Of a DNA stretch of 64,000 nucleotides, positions 47,834-61,395 are shown one piece after another. Origin of the DNA: Parasitella parasitica NRRL 2501 (taxonomy: Eukaryota > Fungi > Mucoromycota). Within the stretch, counting starts at the first letter, position 1. The number at the start of each line of letters is the position of its first letter. The notes under the pieces were generated by a model, which was not told the DNA's origin, did not search any database, and worked only from the letters and a program-made list of their open reading frames with translations. Location of the stretch: contig MU619271.1 in assembly GCA_025201805.1 (NCBI GenBank), positions 165,786-229,785 of the forward strand, in the 5' to 3' direction. Both the position numbers and the translations under genes were made by a program.

Positions 47834-50133
47834 AGAAGGGGATACAAATAGGAGAGCAATGTACCTGATGAAACGGATTTGGACGAGATCGAACTAGCTA
47901 GACCACCCGCTGGTTTGCCGTTATTTGTGGTTGTACTGGAAGAGGTTGGTGTTGTTGTTGCTGTCGTTGTTGCTGAAGATGTAGAGGTGGACGTAGATGT
48001 GTTTTTGCGTAAAGTGTTTTCATCCGTGCTTTTATTGGATCTGCTGGATTGGACTTTTGGCGTACTCGATACGGCTGAACTTGATTTAGGCTTTCGCAAA
48101 TGCCGTTGCTGCTGCTGCTGCTGCTGCTGTTGTTGTTGTTTGATTCTTGAAGTCATTGTTGTGTTCTTGCTAGTCTTGTAAAGATTATCATCGTCTGAAG
48201 CATCGTTTCGCCTTGTGGCTGTAGCAATTTTTTGCTTTGGAGCAGACATTGGAGCTATTCCTGCGGTGACACTCCCGTTTGCTGGTAGCGGGATACGGGT
48301 GGGAGTTTTCGCAATAGTGCGAGTATGCTTATGAACAGTAGGAATGTTCAATGGTTCTACCTTCATTGGTGGAAGTGATAATGGAGCAATAGAAGGCTGT
48401 AGAGTAAGGTTTCCTGGCAATGTCTTTTTTGAAAATCAACGTAAATATGGGGATTAATATATATGTATATACTCCCTTTTTAATTACATGTTATCTAGCG
48501 CACTTACTTTCCCCCTTTTTCGCCTAGCCACAGTCGGTGTACTGGATTTTGATAGAGTCAATGTTTCTTTTGATTTTCTGATGTTACTACTGGTCGACGT
48601 ATTGGATTTTGTGATGCTCAGCTTCACCTTCCTCTTTGCTGAAAGTTCCTCTGTACTGTTGCTGCTTTCGCCTCGATGTGCCCTTGAATGTATTGTAGAC
48701 GAAGTTTTCTTGATGCTGTTCATATAATCATCTACCGACCTGATTTCATTCTCTTCCTTAGCCTCCACAGAATCCTGCTGCTGTCTAACAGCCACATGGT
48801 TTTGCCTTTGGCGTTGTTGCAGCGATGCTAATGTACTTAGCTTCCTTGATCTACTAGCTGTTGCGATGCCGCTCTGCTTATCTCTTTGTTGATCCATCAG
48901 AGACGATGATGACGAAGACGAAATAGATGGCGAGCTAGGTGTTGCTTGCGAACGATTGAGATGACTTCGTGGTGCTTTTCTTAGAATCGACGAAGTAGAA
49001 CCACGTGGTGTTGTACTCGCACTGATTCTCGGTGATTCGATTTTGGGAGATGCACTTGAGATAGATGACCGTGTCGCAGTGATGCCTGAGGGCTCATCTT
49101 TTTTGTTTCTCCAGTCATTTGATGTCGGTATTATGCTTGAGATGGTCTTTCGTTGGCTTGGTAGCATTGAGGAGGAAGATGGCGATGTTAGCGGATGTGC
49201 AAGATCTGCCAATGAGAAAGATGAAGTGGATTTTTTTGAAAAGGAAGGCTCGTTCGATGGTGCTTTTGACGAGAGTAATGTGGTGGTATCTAGTTTTTTG
49301 TAATGTGTATCTTTTTCAAACATGTTGCGTAATCGAAGGTATGAAGCTGAAGGGCTTTTTTCCCCATTTTCAATTTGATTGGTTTTGTTAGTTGTAGTTA
49401 CAGGAGAGACAGAGGTAGTTAGTATCCCAAAGTTGTGATCAAAAGATCCTGCACTGTCGTAATTTGCAGTTATGATTCTGTGCATACTGCTACTACTGCT
49501 GCTGCTGCTGCTATTGTTGATGTTGTTGTTGTTGTTGTTGTTATTGTTATTGTTGTTGTTATTTTCTAGTATTTCTTTCCACCTATCCATGTCGCCATTC
49601 CTTTTCTTGGATGGAGATGGAGAGGATGAATCTTGAGAGCTAGTTTCCAACTTTTGGTTTCGCAGTCGATAACTAGCTAATCTTTTTGCCGATGCAGCAA
49701 TTAGGCCTTCCAAGTCTTCGAGCGTGGCATCACCCAAATCAACTTTATGATGAGTACTTCCATTGGATGTCTGTCTGCTTCGAGGAGTAGATGACGGTGA
49801 CGAAGGTGAGGATGCATTAGACAACGGGTATAAATTCTCTTTATCTTCTGATTGAGTCAGTAGACGAGATGATGTCGTTATTAGGTTTTTTTTACGTTGA
49901 TTCCAGTTTGCTGTTTCCGTAACTTGCTCCTCTAACTCTTTCAATTGACGCATTCTTTCTGCTTGTATTTGTTTTCTTTTAGTGGTATATGATGATTGAA
50001 CTTTGTCCCACGGTTCCTGGGATAATGATAAAGATGAAGTTGATGCTGATGCCGAAGCCGTTACTTTCGGCTGCTGCAAAGATGCTGTTCCTGAATCAAA
50101 GTCAGTCTTAACATACAACTTTTGCGAGGACAT
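46171..50133 (-). CDS. DYRK2/Pom1-class dual-specificity kinase with a long low-complexity N-terminus, 5 exons
   Basis: DH box [41 protein letters not shown]|[24 protein letters not shown]. Confidence 0.93.
47688..47831. repeat. Very long poly(A)/poly(T) tract, with an internal gap, inside a kinase intron
   Basis: More than 130 A bases on the + strand around 10 Ns. Confidence 0.9.
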
Positions 50134-51639
50134 TATAAGACTTTGATACAGTGGTATAGAAATAAAAGGAAACGTATTATAGTAAACCCTGTTATTTTCA
50201 ACAAAACGAGAGGCCAGTTTAGAATATGGGTAATAATTAAGGTGTAAATAAAAATAAAAAAAAAAACAAAAAACAACTTGCCTTGTTGATTGAAGGTTGA
50301 AATTGGTTGCTATAATTACTACTTCTTGGTATGATTTTATGGATGCTGTTTATAAAAGGTCCATGTCCAGAGTTAAATTGAGAATTTTTTTGTTGTATGT
50401 TGAGTAATTGAAAGGATTGTAGCAGAAGAAAAGAGGAAAAGGAGAAGTATTACGACCCAAACTTGCCTCTGGCTTTTAAACGAGCACGCTTCTTTTTGCA
50501 CCTTCAACAAGTGTAACGAACATATAATCCAATCAAACAGTATTATGGAAAGTAAAGGAGATCAAAGTAGAAATAATGCCGAACAATCAATCTTTGCATG
50601 GTTACATTACGTGATGAAGATTCATGTTGGCTTATGTTTACATTTAAACATCTTTTTAAGTTTTCCATAAAAAGTAACTTTAATTTAAGGAGTCTGAGCG
50701 TTGAGTTTACGCAAGCACCGTCTTTTTCAAGAAAATGAGAAGAGGTTTCAGTTTAATCAAATTATTGAGAAAACGTAATGAATATCTAATGAAAAAAGCT
50801 ATATTAGCAGGAAAACTGACAAGAGGGTTTATTCCCGTGGTGCTTTGAAATGCATGTAAAACGGAGTATAGTTCAATCCACCTCCTATGGATCTCATACA
50901 TTTTATCCCCCATTTGAATGAAATATTATGAGCCCAAATGAAGGAGGCTGTACTTTTGCCTTGATTTCCTGAAACGTTTCAAAAAAACAACAACCCAACG
51001 TGTCTTATTTAACCCGATAGCACACAAACTTGTACACTAAATCAAAATTGATACTAGACAGTTTATTTAAAATTTTAGTAAATTCCTTAAAAACAAAACC
51101 TCAGTTCTTTGTATGTATTTTGAAATCTCATAATATGCGACTGCACTAACGCGAGAGTGTCGAGATAAAATCCATGTTTTTGCGAAAAAGTATACGTAGT
51201 AAAGTAATATAGCGATGTCAAAATGTAAATTAACAAGTATGAGAGAAGACGTAATATAATCATTGAATGCACAAATACAGATTATCAAGCATTGAAATGT
51301 GTTTACCGATTGGTAGCGAGCATAAACAACATGAGAAAATCATGAGAAACATTTTTCAGCAAAAACTTTTATGTTTGAGCGTAACAGGAAGTTTGATTTT
51401 GGATTTTGCAAATCATTGATTTCAGTTTACACCGAATTGCAATTTTTTGACATAATGAGAGACAAATGTTGGCATTTTGCATTTTTACTGCTTTACTGCT
51501 CTGCTGATTTAAAAGAAACAAAAAATTTATACAAGTTATATGGACGATTTATTTAAGACAAGATACTTTAAAAGTCTGAATGACACAGATTCTATATCCA
51601 CTGTAACTGACTCAATTTTCTATACTTAGCATCATATAG

Positions 51640-51960
51640 GATATAGGCTAGAGATGGCACTATTAGCATGGATGACGCCATCTCGACATGAGCTTTAGAC
51701 ATTTACCAGATTTAGTATGTGCTACGAGCTTCTACCATATAAGATCTATGCTTCAGATGTGTAGTCCCTGTTTTCAGATACTCATCACTACAAGACATAT
51801 ACTTAAATCCATGATATTAGCTACAGATACTTTATGTACTACAGACTTGTGCAATATGTGCAATGCTATAGATATGCTTATGACATGCTATAGACATGCT
51901 ACATATACCGATATATGCTAAGATGAATACCAAGTGATATACACTCAGACATGTACTATT
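51640..51960. repeat. Degenerate ~11-bp minisatellite (ATGCTATAGAC-like)
   Basis: Clearest at 51862-51905: ATGCTATAGAT ATGCTTATGAC ATGCTATAGAC ATGCTACATAT. Confidence 0.6.
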
Positions 51961-52641
51961 AGTATAGACTAAATAAGACAATGTTTTACTAAAAATAATA
52001 TACGCTTACAGAGCAATATTAATTGATCATTAAACCTCGGATAAAGTATCTACTCAGTCCTCAGATAGTTCTAAATTATCTTTCGTCTGCTGATGAGATG
52101 TCGTTTAGGACGAAATTAAAGACGATAATTAATCAGAATTGCTGTAAATATTAATTTATAAATATAGAAAATTTATTCATAGCTTATGTGTATAAAGTTT
52201 CCTCAACATGGCCAGTAGATGAATTAGAACATACCTTTCTCAAGTCGACATTTACTGATTTTTTTATTCTAAATTTTTTCAGTGAATCTGTATCCATTCC
52301 ACGATTCGTATTGAGATATACGACTTTTGTACTGATTTGAAATCTGGTTTTAAGATGATGATCATTAATGATAAATCACATATTATTACAACTTCAATTT
52401 CGGCTTCACCACGATACTAAACCGAAAAACGTTTTTGCGGATAACTTTTGATAGAGACATCGGCCAGTGGAAAGCAAGTTATGCTCAGATAGCGATGATC
52501 ATGCTTGTTTTCATGATGTATAAAACAGTCTTTATTTTGCTGTTTATAGCATCATCCATCCCAATGGTGCCATCTCTTTCCTATATATCTTACACAATAG
52601 CATTAACCTGTACTGTACATCATATTAACTGTGCACATTTA

Positions 52642-53108
52642 TGTTGTGCCAGTGCCAAAGGCGCAGCGAAAAGCTTTGTCAATGTTATATGAAAGAAGTA
52701 ATAAAGACTTTTTCTGAATAAAACCAGATACAAAACTGAAGACTTTTATTGACATAAGATTTGGTCTCTATTCATACTAAAATACATCCTCTCAATCAAT
52801 ATTTATCCACATAACATCTGACATTTGACAAGAAGTGTTTAACCTTATTAAATCACAGCATTTCCAGGGCAGACCTATTCTTCTATTTTACATTAAAGAG
52901 AAGATTGGGTAGGATGTCGTCCCGACATCCCGCAATCTGATCTAGATATATTCTTTGAATAAGCCCGGAACCTTGCAAGAGGTCCAATTACAACTTGTAG
53001 CTTATTCGTTATTTGTAAAAGAATTACACATAATAATTAATATCATGATCCGTGGTACATTATAGCTAAGGTAGTATTGACATATGTAGCCTTTATATGG
53101 ATACTACA
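52642..53108. mobile_element. Solo LTR, copy 2 (same family and orientation as 5580-6017)
   Basis: TGTTGTG...TACTACA termini. Shared blocks include GAAGACTTTTATTGACATAAGAT and TACATTAAAGAGAAGATTGGGTAGGATG. TSD degenerate (ATTTA/ATCTG). Confidence 0.8.
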
Positions 53109-53982
53109 ATCTGTATTCTACTTCGATCTAATGAAACCGATTGAATCCAGAAGTGGAATGCAGACCATTTTAGTAGATGTATTTCACAGTGTCAAGATTC
53201 GACCTCCATATAAGAGGCATAACTTGACTACCCTTACGCTACCGTCTCAGATCAAACTGCATACGAAGCATTTTAACTTGATGTAAAAAATGAAATCTGA
53301 GCATAATTTTTTCGTATTGACATTATTTCTCTTTTCTAATGAACCAATATTAAATGGTGAGGTTCCTGTGAAATTACTAGTATAAAAAAATATAAAAAAT
53401 ACTTTTTACAACTGTTATTTATTTATTTTTTAGATGAGAATCATCAAAATATCAATTAAAAACTATCTTTTTATACTAGTTTTCCAAAGATAAATGATTG
53501 TAGATATGAACCTAAACTATATTGGATTATTCATCCAGGACTTCTTGGCAGCAGGGAATGAGAGAGAGATTTAATGGCATATTTGACGAGTGTTGAGGTT
53601 GCTTCTATTCATTCTTGATATTGGATTACGCCTTCTTAAATTCATGCTAGTCTGGTCTTGATGATTGTGGTCTTCGTGGAATATTCTTAAATAATTTGAA
53701 GTTCATATTCATAATATCTAAGGGTATTCTTTTTATGCGATAACTCCTGTTTATAATGATCTAAAACAGTTCCTATGTTTTTTAGGTATTGTACATGTTG
53801 TATTGAACTTATAAAGTGTATAAGTTATATGAATACATATCTCAAAGATCCACGCAAATCCAATATCATCAGTCAGTTACTGTTACAAATGAAAATGGAA
53901 ATAAGGGTTTTATATAGGAAATGCGATATGTGGTATGTTTCAATAATTACACAAGATAATATAAGTGATGTCTTTTCAATAA

Positions 53983-55819
53983 TTACAGTAGATAAATAAA
54001 ATTTTGGTCCTGGACATCACTTATATCGTCTTGTGTTATTGAGTTTGTAGCTGCCATAGTTGCAGCCGATGTATGAGCTAATAAAAGCAAGCGACGACGG
54101 TTCACCACAGACATTCTCCAACGAGCAATTAATAACAGCAAAACGACAAAGCAGTTGGCGATCAAATAACCTAGCATGCCAGCAACGTAAGGAGGTGTAA
54201 CCATCATCAATGGCCCAACAAAATTTCCAACCGCGTAAAAAATCATCAATACACCATTATAAAATATTTTCTTGGTGTATCCTGTAACATTGTTTGAGAT
54301 AGAGGTAATTAAAAGAACATACACGCTACAGTAAGACCACGCCATATAAAACCCAAGCAATTTGGCTCGCGTAACAGGAATCACTAAGAGTAAAATCATA
54401 CCCACAATGTTAGTGACCATCAAAGCACAAGCGGAATAGATGGTTTGCTGAGTCTTTTGTACAAGAAGCACACCAATTGCAATGAACAAAATGGTGGAAC
54501 CGCCTGCTCCTGCGGTGAGTAGCATCGATTGCAATTGCTGTATACGGTGGTTCAAGTTAGCTCAGGAATACACTGGATTTTTATCTGCTGATTACTTACG
54601 TCAAAGCCAAAGCTAGCAGTAATTTGGCCATTATAGATTGTCATTGCACCGTTTTGAAGATTAATCAGTAGACATGCTATAGCGAAACACCAGAACCTGA
54701 CTTCTTTGATAGCTTCCCAGATCTGCTCAGTTTTGATTTCAGTTGTACGAACAGTTGCATTATCTCTCGTCCTCTCTTCTACCAAGATTTCTTGCTCTAC
54801 ATTCAAGTTGAGAGCAGCTGCTTTTGGTGAATCGATCAAAAAAAAGAATGAAACGATACCCATGATCACAGTGACACCACCAAGAATAATCATGATCCTA
54901 TATTATTATGATGATGAGCATATATCTATGCACATAATAAGTTGACAAATATGCATACCACTGCCATTCCTTTAATCCACCAGGGTTTCCGATGTGGCTA
55001 ATGCCATAAGCAACAAATCCACCAATAATGAGAGCAAAACCATTACAGATCCAAAAGAATCCAAGGCGAGCGACTTGTTCCGACCTTCTGTAAAATGTAC
55101 TAACAAGCAAGGTCAATGAAGGATATATACCAGCCTCAAAGAAACCTAAAAGAAATCTCATGGCAGCGAGCTGCGAAAAGTTTTTCCCAAATGCAGTGCA
55201 GATCAAGATAGTTCCCCACAGAACAACGATAATGCCAATATATCTTCCAACAGGAATACGTTGCAATAAGTAATTGTTGGGTATCTATGAATATTAGTTA
55301 GAGCATATGGTTACACCGTATTCGAAGCCTATATTAATTTTATATCATACCTGGAATACAAGATATCCTAGATAGAAAACAGATCCGAGCAGACTGAACT
55401 GGTTTCCAACCAAATTGACGTCTGTTTTGAATGTCATCAAAGCAGCATAATTGATGGTTGACTTATCTAAAAACTGTGTATATCTGCAGTTAACTAACAT
55501 GCGTTTGTGGCAGGTAGCTGCTCAAGATTTGTACCTGTAAAAAGTTCAAAATGCAGATAAGCGGCATGATCATCCAATCAATTCGACGGACCAAGGAATT
55601 TTCCACCTTGGTATAACCCCTTCCATTGGCATTATCTGATGAAACACTGTAAAAATCCTCTCGATTCCCGCTGTATTGCCATTTCGGTTCATGTGCTTTT
55701 GAGTCTAATGTTTGTGCGTCTTCGAGTTGAACAATTGGGTTTCTGGCGTTATTGTAGTCTTGATAATTGAACGATTTAAATTGATTGTTGATGTAATCAA
55801 AGTTATTGTTCGTAGCCAT
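53983..55819 (-). CDS. MFS transporter, Dal5/allantoate permease (ACS) family, paralog A
   Basis: LVRRIDW.IMP, FLDKSTINYAA, RFLLGFFEAG, FYRRSEQ..R, SNNVTGYTKK, GNFVGP. Confidence 0.92.
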
Positions 55820-56866
55820 GATTTTTTGGAAAAGTTTTTCTTTTCAAAAAAAAAAAAAAAAAAAAATGCAAAAGAGAAAACCTAGGCCAACAAACTAAAA
55901 TGTGGGTATATATGTTTATTTTTTCCCTAAGAGATAAAAAAAAATAAGAGAGGGGAGGATGTAGAGGCAATGATTATTTATGCTTGATAAAGAGAGAGAA
56001 AAAGGGAAGAAAGAGTATCCGTTATTTTAAGAAACAGAGCGAAATGCACGGATACAGTAAAGATGATGGAGACTGAAATGTCTGTACTGTATACTCATAT
56101 AGTTGGATAAATAAGATTCGCACGTCCCCACTAACTGCAGTTGATGGTAATTGTTAAAATACCCAAATTGATATCGTACCTAATGGACGCTTTTTTGTGC
56201 ACCTTTATCTAATATGTTTAAACGGTATTCCAATGATCAAAATAAAACACTGAATTCTGCAGCCTTTCTTTTGAATATTTTATTGTCAAATGTTGTTTTA
56301 CTTGTTGATTGATTTGCATTTTATATTGTGATAAACAATGCGAGGCTTCTTTTTTTTTATGGCATGAGATAGAAAAATTTTATCTAAAAAGTTTATATGG
56401 GTAAATGTGAAATTAAATGTTGTTGATTTCTGATATGATATGAGAGTAATAATATCTGCACAGAAGGAGATCTAAATTTGTTTTTGTATCCATTGCCTTT
56501 GAAGGAGGTGGAGAATAAATATTGTAGCTATCGATCCCCCTTGATTTCCCAAGGGACACCCCCATGCAGTGTATTGTACAACAGCGAGACGGAACACAAT
56601 ATGTGATAATTATGTGTCTAAGCTAAATATGTTTAATCTCGGATCACAAAGGGTTGCATTTAAGAGTCAAGGTACCTGAACGGACTTGATTTCCTTTCCT
56701 CACATGTGCATTGAATTAGGAACGACCGTTCCATGCTGACACAAAAATGACCATGTGCGACAGAGTTTTTTTTGGATATTATAATATATGTAATTAAATG
56801 ACATGTTATTTTCTTAAGTCTAATCGAAAATCTAATGGTAAAAAAAAAGAGGAATGCAAAGTAAGT

Positions 56867-58555
56867 TTAGAGACGATAAATAAAGCTCTTGTTCTCCACA
56901 TCAGTCATATCTGGAGCAACCTCCTCCATTTCAACAGAACCCGCCATACGTCTGCGATTCTCTTTTGCCATTTCCCAGCGTGCATAGATAAACAAGATAA
57001 TGGTAGCAGCGTTGGCCACCATGCAACCAACCATACCACCGACAAACAATGGCGCTTGACTTTCTACCATAAAGAAGGGACCAATGAAATTGCCAAATGT
57101 ATAAAAAACCATGATAGAGCTGCTGTAAAAGACTTTTTTGGTATAGCCAGCAACGTTGTTTGCGACAGAAACGAGCAGTAAAACAAAACCAGCAGCATAA
57201 GCCCAAGTTAGATAAAGGCCCAAGAGTTTAGCCTTTGCAACTGGAATAACAACCAGTAACAAAATGCCAATAATGGCAGTGCATAAAAAGGCACATGCAC
57301 CATAGAGTGTGTTGCCGTAGCGACGATTATACCACACTGCAACAACAATAAAGAAGCAATCGGTGATGCCGGATGGAATTGACAATAAAATGGCACTCAG
57401 ACTCTATATTGTTTTACATTTGTAAACCATATTAGTCCGGACCCAAATCTATCAATGTGCTACAAAAGTTGCACTTACGGTAAACCCAAACCCTTTGGTA
57501 ATGATAGAGCTGTAGGTGTTAAGGACGCTGTTCTGGAAATTAATGAGCATGGAGCAAAGACAGAAAATGTAGAAGCGCGGCTCTTTGAGAGATTCATAGA
57601 TATGGCTAATTTTGACTTGTCTGCTACGGACAACCGCGTTATCGCGCATGCGAGCATCAACGACCTTTTCTTCTTCAAGAGTTAAACCAAGGACACTGGC
57701 CTTTGGACTATCCACCATGAAGAAAAACGATATAATGCCAAAAAGAATGGTTACAGACCCGAGGATAATCATGATCCACTGCCATGCACGCAAACCACCC
57801 GCACCGTCCATGCTGCCGATGCCGTAGCCGATGAGACCACCAAAACCCAGAGCAATGCCGTTACAAATGTAAACTATGCCTATGCGGCCTGCTTGTTCCT
57901 TACGACGGTAAAGAGAACTGATAAGTACGATACAGCATGGGTAGATGCCAGCTTCAAAGAACCCAAGCAAAAACCTTAGAGCAGCTAGTTGGGAGAAAGT
58001 ATGGCCCAGAAAAGTCATGAGCAAGACTAGCCCCCAAAGAATAATGACAGAGCCAATGTATCTTTTTAGAGCCAATTTCTGAATCAAGATCATACTAGGG
58101 CCTTGGAACAGAAGATAGCCAAGATAGAATATGGAGCCTAGCCAGCTGAATTGCTTGAATGTCAAACTGGCTGTATCCATGATACCGAGCACACCAGAGT
58201 AATTAAGAGCAGACTTGTCAAAAAACTACACCTTGGTGAATAAGCAAGACGTCTGTATAAACAGCGTTTTAACTTTTTTTTTTTTTTTTTTTTTTTTNNN
58301 NNNNNNNACCTGCAAAAAGTTGAGAATAGCAATATAAGGCATCACAAACCTGTAGTCGAGTTTACGCACTAATCTGATCTCGACTTCCGACATTGTAAAG
58401 TTGATTTGATTGCCATGCTCGTCATACTGCTCGTTGGAACTACCGGCCTTCTCATCTACATGAACAGACTGTCCCTCGAAATGTACAGTTTTAGAGTCGC
58501 TCATTTCAGAACAGTTTTGACGAGCAGTAGTGTAGTCCTTAGTCTCTGCTTCCAT
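56867..58555 (-). CDS. MFS transporter, Dal5/allantoate permease (ACS) family, paralog B
   Basis: LVRKLDY, FFDKSALNYS, RFLLGFFEAG, ANNVAGYTKK, GNFIGP, DMTDVENKSFIYRL. Confidence 0.92.
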
Positions 58556-58833
58556 TTTATAGGCTAAGAGAAGTAAGGAAATAATTGGAAAGGGAAAAAA
58601 AAAAAGAAGGCCTGCAAGTTCAGACACTTTGATTTTAGATCGACTTTATATATATATAGACATTTGAATTACTTGTGTATTACTGTGGGACGAAACGGCC
58701 AAGTGAGCCAGAAATGGACATGCTCGCTACAACCACTAACTTTGCTTCCACCAATGTGACGTAAATTAGAAAGCTTCAAAATAGCTGCCTCGCTCGCAAA
58801 GGAAGATTTTTCCTCTTCTACTCGGCAACGACA

Positions 58834-60045
58834 ATGAGACCTTCTATACAGAGAATAGCAACTGCTTCTTTATTATTTAAAGCCTCTAAGCCCTTGTGGA
58901 CAAGGTCGGCATACATAAAACCAGGCTGGGCATCGCACTTGCCTTTGTACTTTCATCAACAGCAACCTCTAATTGCTGAAAACACTGCCAACGGTAGCAG
59001 CAGTTCACGCAATTTTTCGACAAGCCGTTCCGCTTCACTCATCAACACAGCATCAGCCATTGTGGAAGAAGACAACTCCAAATCACAGAGCACAAACACA
59101 TCGGAAAGATTTCAGTTTATCGCTTATGCCGCTTGGCACCCAAAGACCCGCCAGAAGGCACCACCAACCTCTAAAAAAGTGCCTTATTGGAAAGAAAATC
59201 AGAAGCCTGGCAAGGTCGATGCGGGAGAAGATGCGTTTTTTCAAACAAATACACCCGAGGGCCTTGCCATCGGTGTCGCTGATGGCGTAGGTGGATGGAG
59301 CCTAGTTGGCGTTGACCCGGCTCTTTTCTCGTGGACGCTGATGGATAATGCAGCCGTCGTGGCAAAGAACGAAAAGTCGGTCGATGCGCACCAAATACTA
59401 GATTCAGCTTTCCATGAATTGAGAAGGGGCGGGAAAGTGGCTGCCGGAAGTAGCACTGCCTGCATTCTGAATCTATCGAAATCGACAGGCGAAATGACGA
59501 CATGTAATTTAGGGGATTCTGCATTTTTGCTTGTGCGCGATCAGAAAATCGTCTATGAAAGCCCAAGTCAACAGCATTACTTTAACTGCCCGTATGTTGA
59601 TGCACGCTTTTACAGTTTAGTGTTTGAATAACACATTTTATATAGATATCAGCTGACGGTCGTACCCGATACTTATCCTAACCGTGATGAATTGGTCACT
59701 GACATGCCCAAAGACGCCGACACAAAGAGCTTCTTTCTGAAGGACGGTGATTTGATCTTGCTGGCCACGGATGGCTACTTTGACAACATGTATTCCGAGG
59801 AAACGTTGGAGCTGATCAACCAAGGCATGGGCCCTATATTGAAGAGCAGCCAGGACGACGAGTTGGTTACTGCGACAATTAGAGGATTAGCAAAGACTTT
59901 GACAGATAGAGCTCGCCGTCTAAGTTTGAATCCTAAGCGTCTTAGTCCTTGGGCAAAGGCTGCGCAGGCACACGGAAGCAATTATAGAGGCGGAAAGGTG
60001 GATGATATCACATGCATTGTAACTCTTGTTTGTCACAAGAAGTAG
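58834..60045 (+). CDS. PTC7: PTC7-type PP2C protein phosphatase, probably mitochondrial, 2 exons
   Basis: AGEDAFF, GVADGVGGW, GSSTAC, NLGDS, QQHYFNCP|YQL, LATDGYFDN, GGKVDDIT. Basic presequence-like N-terminus. Confidence 0.93.
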
Positions 60046-60210
60046 GGGAGAGATCATAAGAGTGTTATTCTGTGTATAGTTTTATATTTAATTTTGTTGT
60101 AGCCTTTTTCAGTGCGTCCTGGTTTTTTTTTATTTTTATACCACATTAAATGTTGTAATTATTTTTTACTTGCATGTTCTTCTTTTCCCCTCTTTTAATA
60201 ACTGCGCACA

Positions 60211-60543
60211 ATGACATCAAGTCAAAATACGAAAGACACATTTGCAAAGACAAATAGCAGCTCATCAGACTTTCAAGTCAGGAAGGATCAGCTGATCCAA
60301 GAGGCTCAAGCCGGTTTCGAACAAACGCACAATAGTCTTACATGTCTCAACAACAGCTTGCAAACCATGGGCGACATTGGCAACCAATTCAGTGTCGCTT
60401 CTCATTTATGGACCTCATTCCAAAACGCCATTAGCGATGATACGGATTATGAGCAAGAGATTTATAATAATGACAATAGCCTCTCGCTTATCAATTGTGT
60501 GGTAGAGAAGGCGTCTGACGAGGACGAACATGCTACCAAGTAA
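60211..60543 (+). CDS. DAD1: DASH/Dam1 complex subunit Dad1
   Basis: FQVRKDQLIQE...FEQ...SL..LNNSLQTM..IGNQFSVASHLWTSF fits Dad1 F..qR..Li.eI...LNrsLE....G.eF.sV..LW..F. Confidence 0.8.
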   Translation: MTSSQNTKDTFAKTNSSSSDFQVRKDQLIQEAQAGFEQTHNSLTCLNNSLQTMGDIGNQFSVASHLWTSFQNAISDDTDYEQEIYNNDNSLSLINCVVEKASDEDEHATK

Positions 60544-61025
60544 ATTTCTTTTTTTTTTTTTTTTTTTTTTTTTTTTGCATGATAATACAGCACAGCACAA
60601 TGGTCAGTTAAAGCTGAAGAAATATGGCAATATTGACAGTGATAAAAAATTGGCAAGAAGTGATCTAAACTTGCTGGCTGAAGTTGTACTATGAAGAGGT
60701 AGAAAGCATTCATAGGTATCTTTGATTTTGTTTATGCATTTTAAAATGAAAATTACAAAACTGTTTACAATAAAATAACTTCTTTTCATAGTTGTATCCA
60801 TATTCTTAAAATGATGAGTAGTTATGAGTTATTTTACGGACACAGGAAATTACAGCTTATTGTAATATTTGTGGCTTACGAACGATATAAGAATTATGAT
60901 GCAATAACAATTATACAGCAGTGTTTAGATAAAAAGGATAATGTGAAAATCAATAATTTTTGAAAAGAAGAAAGTCTTGACTGATGATTTTATTTTTTCA
61001 GTAAATCTCTTCTTCTGTTAAGCAT

Positions 61026-61395
61026 TTAGGGAAAAAAACTTATACTATGTTCAACCCAACCATGGCAGTTTTCTTGAGCTATTTTGTGGCTGCATTCCCC
61101 AATGTATTTTACCAGCTCTGCTGTTGTAAGCCCAGGCTTTCTTTTAACGAGCCCTTTTAGCTTAGAAAAGCACTCCTCAATTGGATTGAGGAATGGACTA
61201 TAGGCGGGCAAAAAATGGACATGGTGGCGAGTACTCTCAATATACTTCCTCACCTTGGGAGCCGTGTGAATTCTAGCATTATCCATAATGAAATAATGCG
61301 GAGGAGCATTGTCGCTGTCAATACTTGCAATGATTTGTTTGATAAAATCAATGAAGATCTCGGCGGTAGTGCCTCCAGGAACATGCTTCATGGAT
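61026..61395 (-). mobile_element. Tc1/mariner transposase 3' fragment (remainder in gap)
   Basis: GGTTAEIFIDF, IMDNARIH, FLPAYSPFLNPIEECFSKLKGLVKRKPGL. Same subfamily as 1746-2315. Confidence 0.88.

Noticed and set aside
51001-51980. 11-bp inverted repeat TGTCTTATTTA / TAAATAAGACA as MITE ends
   Set aside because: Does not extend, has no TSD, and is expected by chance in AT-rich DNA.
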